A stretch of 15,974 nucleotides of DNA from Ginkgo biloba (lineage: Eukaryota; Plantae; Ginkgophyta): contig JANKJI020000002.1 in NCBI GenBank assembly GCA_024626585.2, positions 129,117,491-129,133,464 of the forward strand. Reading direction: 5' to 3'. The notes under the pieces were generated by a model. The model worked only from the letters and a program-made list of their open reading frames with translations. It was not told the origin of the DNA and ran no database searches. Within the stretch, counting starts at the first letter, position 1; every line of letters starts with the position of its first letter. A program made the translations under genes and the position numbers. This document shows, piece after piece, positions 1 to 9,662 of this stretch.

Positions 1-430
1 AAGATGGGGAATAGACAAAGACGAAAATGGAAGGAAGATAGCAACCACTTAGACCAGTGGCATTCGCTGGGAGCTGCTAGAAGACAAAGCAAAAGAGAGA
101 AAGAGGCACAACTAAAGATAGAAGATAAGGACATGGGACAAGAAGGACAAAGGATGAACAAAAAACGAGGAATAGAGCCAGGGCAAGATATGAGGAGACA
201 AAACATTACAAATTTTATTTTTATTTTTTTCTCTCACACTCACAAGATCGAGTTCTTATACCACTTGAAGAAACCCTAATAGTTGAGTCATGATTTAAAG
301 TTGAATGTCGTAAAAATCGATTAGTTGAACCAAATAATAGATTGACAGATATGAATATGACGAGTTGCAATAATGAGCCCATGTCTTATGTAGGNNNNNN
401 NNNNNNNNNNNNNNNNNNNNNNNNNNNNNN

Positions 431-593
431 NTTCATTATGTTTGTTCATTTTATAATAATTGTTTGTCAATTAATACTAACCACTAACACAACATCTAAC
501 CTTCTAATTAGGTTCATTACACAAGACAATGTTGATTATTATGATATGTACCCCGGTTGCAAGACAATGTGAGTTGTTACAATATCTCCCAAG
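431..593 (-). mobile_element. Possible PPT and start of a 3' LTR downstream of the integrase remnant
   Basis: Minus strand reads ...CTTGGGAGATAT|TGTAACAACTC with TG at 581, about 200 bp after the integrase C-terminus. The purine tract is short and degenerate, and no partner LTR is visible. Confidence 0.3.
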
Positions 594-780
594 TGCAACC
601 ATCATTGCAATTATATATAACTTTTTATTAGCTATATATTTAATGTTTATTACAAAGTTTGAGCATGGGATCCGAGAGCAATGGAAAATCTTAAATTTTT
701 CTTGGGTATGAATGGCTCCAATACACAAATTTGTTTTTGTTTTTTATTATTTTCTTTCAATAATTTCAGCAACATTTCTC

Positions 781-1548
781 CATTCAACTGTTGCAAGACT
801 AACACATTTATAATGCATAGTGTGGATACAATAGAGGCCTAACTAACACATTTTTAACTTCCTTGGCTTTGTACAAAAATTGTTCTCATTCATGAGCACC
901 ATGTCGCCACTTCTAAATTTCAGATCTTTGATGTGGAGATCATGACATGCCTTTTGTTGTCGTTGGTTTCCTTCCCATTCATAGTGAGCCATAGACTCAC
1001 TTTCATCCAATCGTAGTAGATGATGTAAGCAGACTTTATGAGACTCAAATTCTCCTAGTCTATATATTTGATGGCTATGCACAAACTCAGACCCAAAAAT
1101 TGAAAGGGAACGATAGCTTCTTAGCAACACAAGATGGAAAGGAGTAAACACATTGGCACGTTTATGTGTGATAAAGTCAGTCCATAATGCGACTTGAATT
1201 TTCTCTACCCAATTGTTGAGACCAACATAACAATTTTTTGTCCAAATAATTTTCAATATTTTATTTGTACTATTTTCTACTAGACCATTTTCTTGAGGGT
1301 AGTACAATGTGGATTTCCATTTATTACCATAAATTCATGTGTAAATGATGAATTGTAGCATTGAGAAACCTAGTGACCTTGGTCATTAACAATCTTGATA
1401 CAACGCCCAAATCGAGTGATGGTCATTTCGTACAAAGATCATGTTATTCTTCGTGCATCACAACCTTGTAAGGATCGTGCTTCAACCCACTTAGTGATGT
1501 AATTAGTAGTGAGAAGTATATATCGTTCTTGTGTGTAACGGACTAGGA
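781..1548 (-). pseudogene. Ty3/gypsy integrase remnant (catalytic core and GPY/F C-terminal region)
   Basis: Minus translation: YILLTTNYITKWVEARSL...ITRFGRCIKIVNDQG...STLYYPQENGLVENSTNKIL...FTPFHLV...GDMVLM...KPRKLKMC*LGLY. Contains stops and frameshifts, includes ORF 843-1307, and is cut by the gap at 1549. Confidence 0.9.
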
Positions 1549-1648
1549 NNNNNNNNNNNNNNNNNNNNNNNNNNNNNNNNNNNNNNNNNNNNNNNNNNNN
1601 NNNNNNNNNNNNNNNNNNNNNNNNNNNNNNNNNNNNNNNNNNNNNNNN

Positions 1649-1928
1649 GGGGGGTGAGAGGGGTGGCGTAACTTTAGTTCACATCAATGTGTTTATATAA
1701 TCGAGTGAGACAAAGAAGATAACTTTACTTGCTTGAAAACCATTTATATGTGACCCTTCTATAATAAAGTAAAAAGTCTGTATGAGCCCACACATGACAA
1801 AGCCAAAATCCCAATACAATAAAATGTCCAAAATATTTCTTGTTGCTTTCAAGATTAGCCTAAACCTAAACTTAAACCCATTTTGACTATTATAATGGAT
1901 TAAAGAAACAAGACCAAGTGGGCTAACA
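1649..1928 (-). mobile_element. LTR fragment inserted into the integrase C-terminal region
   Basis: Integrase homology (KCFDHFLRP, matching VCLHHLLRLD of the other copy) stops at 1929. The minus strand then begins TGTTAGCCC at 1928 and is non-coding with TATA-like TATAAAT and TATATAAA. The far end is lost in a gap. Confidence 0.6.
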
Positions 1929-2770
1929 CTGGCCTAAGAAAGTGGTCAAAGCATTTTATAATATATATTGTACTAAGTGAACTATGGTAAATTGATCAAA
2001 ATCATAAGGATTGAGCAATACAAATTCAAAGGGCATGACGGCCTTTTACCCATGTGCTAATTGGAATGGTGCGTACTTATGTGCTTTTTTTGTCGTCTTG
2101 CGATTTGCACAGAATATAGAGTAAAGCTTTTATACCAAGTCATCCCTTCTGACATTGCATAGTTTTGTTAACACTCATTTTGGTATCTTATTAGTACTCT
2201 CTGATAGGTCATTAGCACGACGAAAGTATGGTGTAGATTTTTAGTGTAGGATCATAAGGTCTTGCATGAGATGTTGGATTGTAGCCTTGACGAAGCTTGG
2301 TTCTTGATTGCTAAGAATTTCAATGGGGCACCTAAAATGAGTGATAATCATTTCCTATAAAAATATTTCCATACTTCTTGCATTGCAACGTGTTAATGGT
2401 TGTGCCTTGACCCATTTTGTGACCATGTTAGTATCCACGAGTATAAAATAGGCTTGTGTACGTCTTATGGCTTGGCCGATGGATACCACCGAATCTAATC
2501 TCCATTTCTTGAAGGGGTGATATATTAGGATAGCGTATTAGGGATGATGGAGAATATTTTTGGGTTTGCCTACATGTTGACAAACATCACAATTTTTGGC
2601 CCAATTTTTGCATCTTTAAATCATGGCCACCAGAGTCCAATAAGAAAAATCTTTCGAGTAGTGCCATCACTTCTACCATGTTCTCCAAATGTGCCTTCAT
2701 GTGCATCGTAAACTATGGTTGGTACCTCATCATTGATCACATAGTGCCTTAATATGTAATCCGGTCATAA
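1929..2770 (-). pseudogene. Ty3/gypsy integrase (HHCC zinc-binding domain and catalytic core), degenerate
   Basis: DAHEGTFGEH...GLWWP...NCDVCQHVGKP (HHCC); PFKKWRLDSV...TNMVTKWVKAQPL...ITHFRCPIEILSNQ...KSTPYFRRANDLSESTNK...APFQLAHG*KAVMPFEF. Multiple stops. Confidence 0.92.
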
Positions 2771-2984
2771 ATGGTATGAAACTCATTCAATCAATTGATA
2801 AGGTTCTGACCTTCACACTAATTGTGAAGTTCTATAAGATCCAAACTTGGAGGCATAATTCCTGTGGCGAGATCCTCGACAATGTTGCTATATCAATCTA
2901 AAATTATTGCAACTTGAAATAGTGAAGCATTGAAAAAACCATCAGGTACTCCTTTAGCTTTCTCCCTAGTGTCAATGTGTGATA

Positions 2985-3360
2985 ATTAATCGGGAACGTT
3001 ATGATGGGCTCCTTCTTTAATGAGTGAAAAAATCAATTTCTTCAAATAAGAGCAGCCAACAACTAATACATCCTTGTAATGTAGGTTTATTCACTAAAAA
3101 GAGCAATGCTTGGTGGTTGACGCAGAAATCGAAATGGCTTGCCACAATATAGTATCAAAATTTTTGAATGGAGTAAACCATATCAAGTCCTTCGCTTCCT
3201 GTCACTGTATAGTTGCATTCTATTGAGGATAATTTTTGACTAGTGAAATAAATGGGTTAATCAATGTCTCTTCCGCGAGTTGGGCAAGTACGCTACCAAT
3301 GGCATTCAACGAGGAATCAACATGGATATTGAACTCCTTATTCCAATCTGTAAACTATAG
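2985..3360 (-). pseudogene. Ty3/gypsy RNase H domain, degenerate
   Basis: DWNKEFNIHVDSSLNAIGSVLAQ...PIYFTSQKLSSIECNYTVTGSEGLDMVYSIQKF*YYI...VNHQALLFLVNKP...ISCWLLLFEEID...NVPD*LS. Confidence 0.9.
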
Positions 3361-4540
3361 TATGGAGGTGTTCACGACTTCATTTTTTAAGGTGTCAAAT
3401 GCAATTTGATGCTCTAACGTCCAATTGAACAATATTTCTTTCTTTAGCAACCATTCTAATGCAGAAGACACTTGGGCATAATTCCAAACAAAACATTGAT
3501 AATATTTGGTCAATCCCACAAATCCTTTGAAATGTTTTGTACTTTTGGGGATTAGAAACCTAAGGATTAAGGCGACCTTCACAAGGTTAGTAAATAATCC
3601 TTCCTTTTAACAAGGTGCCCTAAAAGATTCCCAAATGGCACCATGAAACTGCATTTTTCTGAATGACAAAAATGTTTGCTTGCTTGACCTGTTTCCAACA
3701 TTTCGGTGCACATTATCCAAGTGATTAGTAATAAGTAAGTATAATGTCTAATAATCCAAGAACACCTCAATTTTACTCCCAGATAATCATTTGAAATTAT
3801 TTAAGATAATGAGTTGGAAGATAGCTAGAACATTTGTGAGTCTGAAAGGCATAACATGATATGCAAAAGTACCTCACTCTATGATGAATGTAGTAAGTTA
3901 ATCCTTCGAAGCAATACTGACCTAATTATAACCACTAAATCCATTAGTGATGGAAAAATTCTATGACCAATAACTTTCTTGTGTGCATCCTCAGTAAAAG
4001 GTAAGTAAAAGAATCTTTCTTGGTGACTTTATTCAACTTACGGTAATCAACACAGACATTAAGTTTGCAGTTCATTTTGCGAACTATAATGATGGGGTTA
4101 ACCCACTACTTCTGTCGACTTCAAAGATATATCCTACCTTCAACGTCTTTTCAATTTCTTCCTTGACTTGTTCTTTATATCGCAGATTCATTCTATAGGA
4201 TCGTTGTCTTCTCAGTTTCACCCCTTCAACTAAATGAATATGGTNNNNNNNNNNNNNNNNNNNNNNNNNNNNNNNNNTTAAATCATTATAGGAGTAGGCA
4301 AACACATCTTAAAACTCTGGAAATAATGTCATTGCATGTGTTATTATGGCAATATCCCACTAATGCCCCATTATGATGTTCTTATGATCAACTTCAATTC
4401 CAATATTAATCTTCTAGGTGTTTAATTCTTTATATTTTTATGGACTAAGTATTATTTTGAGAGTATGTCTAGGGGTTTCATGAGTTCCACATTCTCTATA
4501 TGTTATTGTGTGAAAGGGTAGTGAATTAGTAACACGTCGG
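3361..4540 (-). pseudogene. Ty3/gypsy reverse transcriptase plus upstream PR-RT spacer, degenerate (non-chromovirus type)
   Basis: KINIGIEVDHKNIIMGH*WD...DVFAYSYNDL; RQRSYRMNLRYKEQVKEEIEK; KLNVCVDYRKLNKVTKKD; GTFAYHVMPFRLTN; decayed YxDD as EVFLDY* (3748-3768); KCSFMVPFGNLLGHLV; FKGFVGLTKYYQCFVWNYA. Domain order RT-RH-INT is diagnostic of gypsy. Confidence 0.93.
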
Positions 4541-4559
4541 TTTAGGTATATCATCAAGA

Positions 4560-4753
4560 GCAATGGGTTTGGGTTCCATCCTTTGTCCATCCTCAGAATG
4601 TGAATCTTTGCTTGAGCACATGTTGTAATAATTTAGGGTTTTAACTACATAATTGGGTTCACACACCCAACCAAGTGGGTTTTCGAACCAAGTATGCAAA
4701 CCCAATTTGGGTTCTTGGGTTTGGGTTTGGGGTCAAATACATTGTCACAAACT
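4560..4753. repeat. GGGTT/AACCC motif-rich non-coding insertion
   Basis: About ten dispersed GGGTT(T)/AACCC motifs interrupt coding homology upstream of RT and resemble DNA-transposon subterminal repeats. Ends at a gap. Confidence 0.4.
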
Positions 4754-4781
4754 NNNNNNNNNNNNNNNNNNNNNNNNNNNN

Positions 4782-4856
4782 CTTCACCCGCACCTACAAA
4801 CTTGAATTTTCAAAATGCTGAACCTGAAACTGCACCCACAAATTTTAGTAACCTTG
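4782..4856. mobile_element. MITE-like terminus (non-autonomous DNA transposon) inserted into gag
   Basis: CACCCGCACC...GAACCTGAAACTGCACCCA...GTAACCTTG resembles plant MITE ends with ACCCG-type subterminal motifs. The gag reading frame stops at 4857. Confidence 0.4.
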
Positions 4857-5651
4857 GGTTTTAATCTTCTAGAGAATAGTATCTAGTGCTTGATCATGTT
4901 TAGGTGAGAATGCCTTGAAAAAATTGACCTTCAACTCAATGCAACTAGCCCTTTGAGTAGCCTCTTATTGTTCATACCAACTTTTTCCATTACTTAAGAA
5001 GGAATTAGCCTAATGATGAGTCCATCTACAACATGGAATGCTATGCTTCTATGAAATGAGCTTACAATGCTTAACACATTCTTCTACCGTAATGTTTGTT
5101 TATTGCGGCATCTCTACTTCTTCAACACAATTCTCAAAACAACGAGGCATCTTTGGCCAATTTGTGAACTCCCAGATATGCGCAAGATACCATTTAAACG
5201 TTTGGCCTTCCAATGTGACTATAAGTATAACCATCCAGGATTGTCTCTCCCAATAGTGAGCATCCATCCACACCTTTTATGCAGCATTGAATCTACTGAG
5301 TCATGTTACAGGGCAACGAACTAGCCCCAAATTTAGGGATTATTTAGAGATGTGGAGTCGAGAGTCTTCTAAAATGTCAATAATTTCAACATCTTCCACA
5401 ATTTCATCCTTAGAATAATAATTAGAAGCAGATGAATCAAAATCACTTAGCACATAATTATATTCTTCATCATTTCCTTCTTCTAGAGATGTAAGTACTT
5501 CCCGCTCATTATCATAAACAATGTTTTTTTGGAAGTAGTTGCAAGATTGAATAGCTTCACATGCACCTTGTAACCAATAAAACATGTGCTTAGATATTGA
5601 CTCATCATTATCTACCTCAATTTTCCATTGACATTTGGTTCCTCTAGCCAA
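4857..5651 (-). pseudogene. Ty3/gypsy gag remnant: acidic N-terminal region followed by two capsid-like motif sets
   Basis: One frame continuing ORF 5340-5651 through stops: PVT*LSRF...VTLEGQTFKWY...NWPKMPRCF...VEECVKHCKLI...NSFLSNGKSWYEQ*EATQRASCIELKVNFFKAF...LDTIL*KIKT. Resembles the Retrotrans_gag pattern LxGxAxxW...WxxLxxxF. Confidence 0.65.
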
Positions 5652-6281
5652 TCCTTGTTATATCATGCAAATCTTTGGTTTTTTAATAAGTGGATTTAGG
5701 AGCTAGTAATGGGTATCAATAGTGATGCTTGAAATGACATCACAATAATTGACCTTTTTTTGCGCAAGGATCATACAAAATAAATGTTAGAACTTTGTAC
5801 TTTCTATTGTCGAAGAGTGTGAATGTACATTTTTTCTAGTTTATGCAATATTTTGATGTCGCCAAATGATATGATGCTTGTCTTCGAGACTTTTTTACCC
5901 TCAAATAAATTAATGATGAGTCAAACTTTGAATTCAATCATAAGTCCAAAGTACTAGTGCATTCGTGCAAAACTCTATTTTATGGACGTTATTTTATGAT
6001 TTACTCATAAATGCACTTTGACCTTAGGTTTATCTTGAAGTTCTCAAAGAAGGCCTTGCCTCATTTGAAGATATAGTAGACAAACACCTAACTACTAAAG
6101 TCTACGAGATCCAAGCTAAAGTTAAAACACTTAAACATAATACTAGCACTCTTAGTACTATAAAAAAATAAACACACAACCNNNNNNNNNNNNNNNNNNN
6201 NNNNNNNNNNNNNNNNNNNNNNNNNNNNNNNNNNNNNNNNNNNNNNNNNNNNNNNNNNNNNNNNNNNNNNNNNNNNNNNNN

Positions 6282-6930
6282 GATTTGGATCAAAATTTTT
6301 GGGTGTTCATCAATCAATCAGTTAAGTTCATAGTTTCAACCACACCATCATTTGGGGAAAATGCTCCCTTCTACCACTCAATGAGAACGGCAAGGGGAAT
6401 GTTGATTTTCTATTCTTTACATATGTTTTGAGGTAAGTCAATTTTCTATTCATTACTAAGTTCTGGAATTGCCTTTAGTGGTTGGTTGAGAGCTAGTGAA
6501 TTATTTGTTTCAAGCCTTGATGCTTCTTCGCATGAACGAGTTGTAGCATGTTTCTGCTATTAGACTTATTCTTCTTTCTTAACAAACAATGCTTTCTTCA
6601 TATATGGCATCCATGTTGACTGGAGCACGGATCATTGATATTTAGCTTCTTTAACTACCGCTTAGAGAAGTTCTTGGAAACACACTTTTTCCTTGACAGG
6701 ATTAGAGAAGTTAGATTCATCCTTCTTAGGAGTGGTCACTACTTCCCCCTTCATGTTTGGAGATTCAATGAACTGACAGAATCAAGAATTATTCTAGCTA
6801 GATTAGACAATTTTTATTTATTAGCCGAATTATTCTTGCAATTTGCCCATTCATGATCTCCTAGTCCACATTCTTCACAGATAAAATGGCCCTGGTTCTT
6901 TTCCAAAGGACAATCTTGACAATCGTGTTA
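6282..6930 (-). pseudogene. Gypsy gag C-terminus (CCHC knuckles) and linker to probable protease start
   Basis: HDCQDC (tail of a truncated first knuckle) then intact CEECGLGDHEWANC (CX2CX4HX4C, 6838-6879). Ends IDEHPKILIQI, like a protease N-terminus, at the 6182-6281 gap. Confidence 0.75.
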
Positions 6931-6934
6931 TTGA

Positions 6935-6950
6935 CTAAGAATGGGTGCCA
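6935..6950 (-). promoter_or_regulatory. Primer-binding-site-like sequence (possibly tRNA-Lys)
   Basis: TGGCACCCATTCTTAG begins 2 nt after the LTR end (...GGGCCCCACA). The first 9 nt differ by one CpG-type transition from TGGCGCCCA, the complement of the plant tRNA-Lys(CUU) 3' end as I recall it. Confidence 0.55.
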
Positions 6951-6952
6951 AA

Positions 6953-7290
6953 TGTGGGGCCCACCATTAGTAATGGGTTTAGTACACCATAAGAGGATAT
7001 AGCATGCATTAATTATAAAGACACGTCATAAATGTAGTGCACAAACATCACAAGTATAATCCTCATTTATTACTTCAATAAATGACCATATAGATGCAAA
7101 TGTCAGGGGCAAGCCCCTCGCACCTAACTGTAAATGTTCACACTCTGCTCTCACATCTAGGAGCAACTTTATCTCTCATAATAAATATAATGACACATCT
7201 TTTCAAACTCCAATGACATATTGTAAATCATCTCTTCATTAAATGCATTCCTTTTCATTATGAACCCTGATTAGGGCGCCTTTATTAGCT
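6953..7290 (-). mobile_element. LTR copy 1 (PBS-proximal part of a 5' LTR, truncated by gap)
   Basis: Starts TGTGGGGCCC on plus. Colinear with 11280-11620 in blocks such as GTTTAGTACAYCATAAGA, AATCCTCATTTRTTACTTCAWTAAATGA, TCTCTCATAATAAATRTAATGA and CCTTTATTAGC. Confidence 0.8.
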
Positions 7291-7390
7291 NNNNNNNNNN
7301 NNNNNNNNNNNNNNNNNNNNNNNNNNNNNNNNNNNNNNNNNNNNNNNNNNNNNNNNNNNNNNNNNNNNNNNNNNNNNNNNNNNNNNNNNN

Positions 7391-7720
7391 GGTTGCATTC
7401 TCATACCTTTTGCCACTCCATGTACATGCGTTAACCTCGTAAGTTTGTTTTTGTAGCTATATAGAGTCGGGTGTGTTACTAACAAATTTCACATATTTAG
7501 TCTTCTTTGAGCAATTCTCAAAAGTGTGGTTGCTAGGTCCACAATCTTTACATATGGAGCCCTTGTTATTTTGCATATATGTATAGTCTCTTGAAAGATG
7601 CCCCGATTCCAAGCACCTTATTCAACATGAAGTTGGGGATTGATCTTCTCAACTATCGCATTTGTAGTTGACATTACGATTAGGATTTCCTCTATAGCCA
7701 TCGCATAGTGCCTTTTCTTT
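7391..7720 (-). pseudogene. Gypsy gag C-terminus with two zinc knuckles
   Basis: CLESGHLSRDY (decayed knuckle), intact CKDCGPSNHTFENC (7511-7552), then EVNACTWSGKRY (VNAxTRSGK-type post-nucleocapsid motif). Paralogous to 6838-6927. Confidence 0.75.
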
Positions 7721-7780
7721 TCTTTTCTTTTTGTTGTAAAGTTAGTTCTATTAATCATTAAATTGGAAAAATTACAATCA

Positions 7781-8415
7781 TTGTTGATAGAAAAAAAGAG
7801 GGGGTTCACATAATGACTTCCCTCAGCGTGCCAAATCAAGGACCAAGGGTCTAGGCTGGGACTACCTGCACCCATAGCTAACCCAACCTCAACAACAACA
7901 CCCTAGAGGCGAGGCACTCCTCTTGGGGATGAAACTACGTCGAGCACCACGCAAGGCACCAAAACACAACACAAACCTTCAAGCATCGTGCAGGGCACCA
8001 AAATACAACAGGATACCACACAGGGCACCGACACACAAAACAAAACAATGGTAGACTTTGAAACCAACGTCATAACCATGAGGAGAACTCGCCCAATGGC
8101 ATTAGGTTGAGTCACCACCCACTATAACCTCCAAAAACAATTGATTACAAAAGTGAACTGGCTACTAAACCTNNNNNNNNNNNNNNNNNNNNNNNNNNNN
8201 NNNNNNAGAAACCACAAGCAACAAAAACCTCTAAGCTATTCTCCAAAGACAACATCCTCCAAGAAAGAGGCCCTTCTCCCCCTTGCATTCTGCCAGATCC
8301 TTGCCTCCTTCTACAATTGATCTGAACCCGAACAAGGTTAGGTGTAGGAGGAAGTCACCTTTGTGGTGGAGGAGAGGCGTCTCTCCTTCCATCGAAGCCC
8401 TAGTTGTTCCTTCCC
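7781..8415 (-). mobile_element. Unassigned GC-richer insertion, possibly a LINE 3' end
   Basis: Composition shift between two gag remnants. The minus strand is G/T-rich with short tandem repeats and ends ...GTGAACCCCCTCTTTTTTTCTATCAACAA, like a decayed 3' UTR and tail. No diagnostic protein motif. Confidence 0.3.
7943..8040. repeat. Three imperfect ~29-bp direct repeats
   Basis: AGCACCACGCAAGGCACCAAAACACAACA / AGCATCGTGCAGGGCACCAAAATACAACA / GATACCACACAGGGCACCGACACACAAAA. Confidence 0.7.
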
Positions 8416-8419
8416 ACTT

Positions 8420-8960
8420 TGGCAACTACAAAGGTTAGAAAAGAAGTCCTTCATGTCATGCATTTATTTTTTTGCAAATTGCACACCATTGCTTCTTAAT
8501 GGTGGTGGTTTGTTTAGTCTGCTTTATATGGTTATGTCCCATCTTGTTATCCTTTGCACAACACCTCAAGTTTATTAATTCTTACTTCTCGAGTTTTCAT
8601 TTAGTGATTTCACATGGAAATTTTTTATTTCTGTGTCTTTATCATTGGTCTTCTCGACAANNNNNNNNNNNNNNNNNNNNNNNNNNNNNNNNNNNNNNNN
8701 NNNNNNNNNNNNNNNNNNNNNNNNNNNNNNNNNNNNNNNNNNNNNNNNNNNNNNNNNNNNNNNNNNNNNNNNNNNNNNNNNNNNNNNNNNNNNNGTGTTG
8801 CACATATTCATAACATTTTACCAAATGATGGTGCATCTTCCCTTGATATGGCAATAGTAGTCCATCTACAAAATATTTCACCATATGTATTGGTGCAACT
8901 ACATTCAATCATTGTGTTTAAAAGGAAACTTAGAATCATCCATCACCCACCTGGTAAATT
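8420..8960 (-). pseudogene. Gypsy gag remnant (capsid C-terminal part and zinc knuckles), spanning a gap
   Basis: KYFVDGLLLPYQGKM (FVxGLLP motif), CAKDNKMGH, and KQWCAICKK..HDMKDFFSN (frameshifted knuckle). Parallels the gag at 12125-13560. Confidence 0.7.
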
Positions 8961-9662
8961 GATGCAATAGGTGGCCGCCTTAGCCCCCTTATTATTATCA
9001 TTATAAAGCTTGAAGCATCCCTTTACTTTTCTAGGAAGCCAGGGGGCGGTCCATTGCTGCTAGTCCGCTGTATTCGATAAGCACCTCACTCATGTCTCTT
9101 GCCTTACCATTTAGGTGCGACCCAAACTCTACTTCTAAATTCTTCAAAGTCCCTGATAGTTTCCCTATATCCTCATTAGTGCAGCTATTTTCTAGTCACA
9201 ATGAAATTATAGTTTTCATCCTTGTGTTTCATTAATTGTGCATTACTCCATTTAACGCGTTGTCTTATCTGCATTAAATGTGCCTTTGTGGTTGTATTTA
9301 ATGTGTTGTTCTCTATCCTTGGATGAGATCAGTATGTTGTCATGGTTGCATTTAATGTGTTGCCCTTACTCTCATTCACTAACTTCATCATGTTGCATAA
9401 TCATTGCATTTACTATTGCATTAAATGCACCTCTAGAGGGATAACGTCACACTATAGTTGGTGCCATGTTTTTAGATTGTTGACATCATCATTCTGGTTA
9501 CTTTCATGCTGCCACATCATCAGGTTATTGATGTGATCTTTTTGTTAATTGCATCATGCTACCATGTCATTATTGTGTCTTATTCGTTATCAAATTACAT
9601 CATTTGTATCATCAAAGTGCTTTAGTTGTTGATTTTTCCATGTTGGTGCCACATCCCCAATA
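8961..9662 (-). mobile_element. LTR copy 2 (U3-side fragment of the same LTR family)
   Basis: About 9270-9662 is homologous to 11780-12124: shared TGCATTAAATGTGCCT; AGTTGTTGATTTTTCCATGTTGGTGCCACATC vs AATTGCTAATTTATCCATGTCAATGCAACATC; terminus CCCCAATA vs CCCCAACA. Left boundary uncertain. Confidence 0.65.

Noticed and set aside
4-279. 91-aa Lys/Arg/Glu-rich plus-strand ORF
   Set aside because: Arises from a purine-rich low-complexity tract; no domain motif or gene structure.
4560-4740. Interstitial telomeric repeat
   Set aside because: Only one TTTAGGG; the other motifs are dispersed GGGTT, not a tandem array.
7943-8040. CRISPR-like repeat-spacer pattern (also 15140-15209)
   Set aside because: Only 2-3 degenerate copies, no regular unique spacers, no cas genes, eukaryotic TE context.
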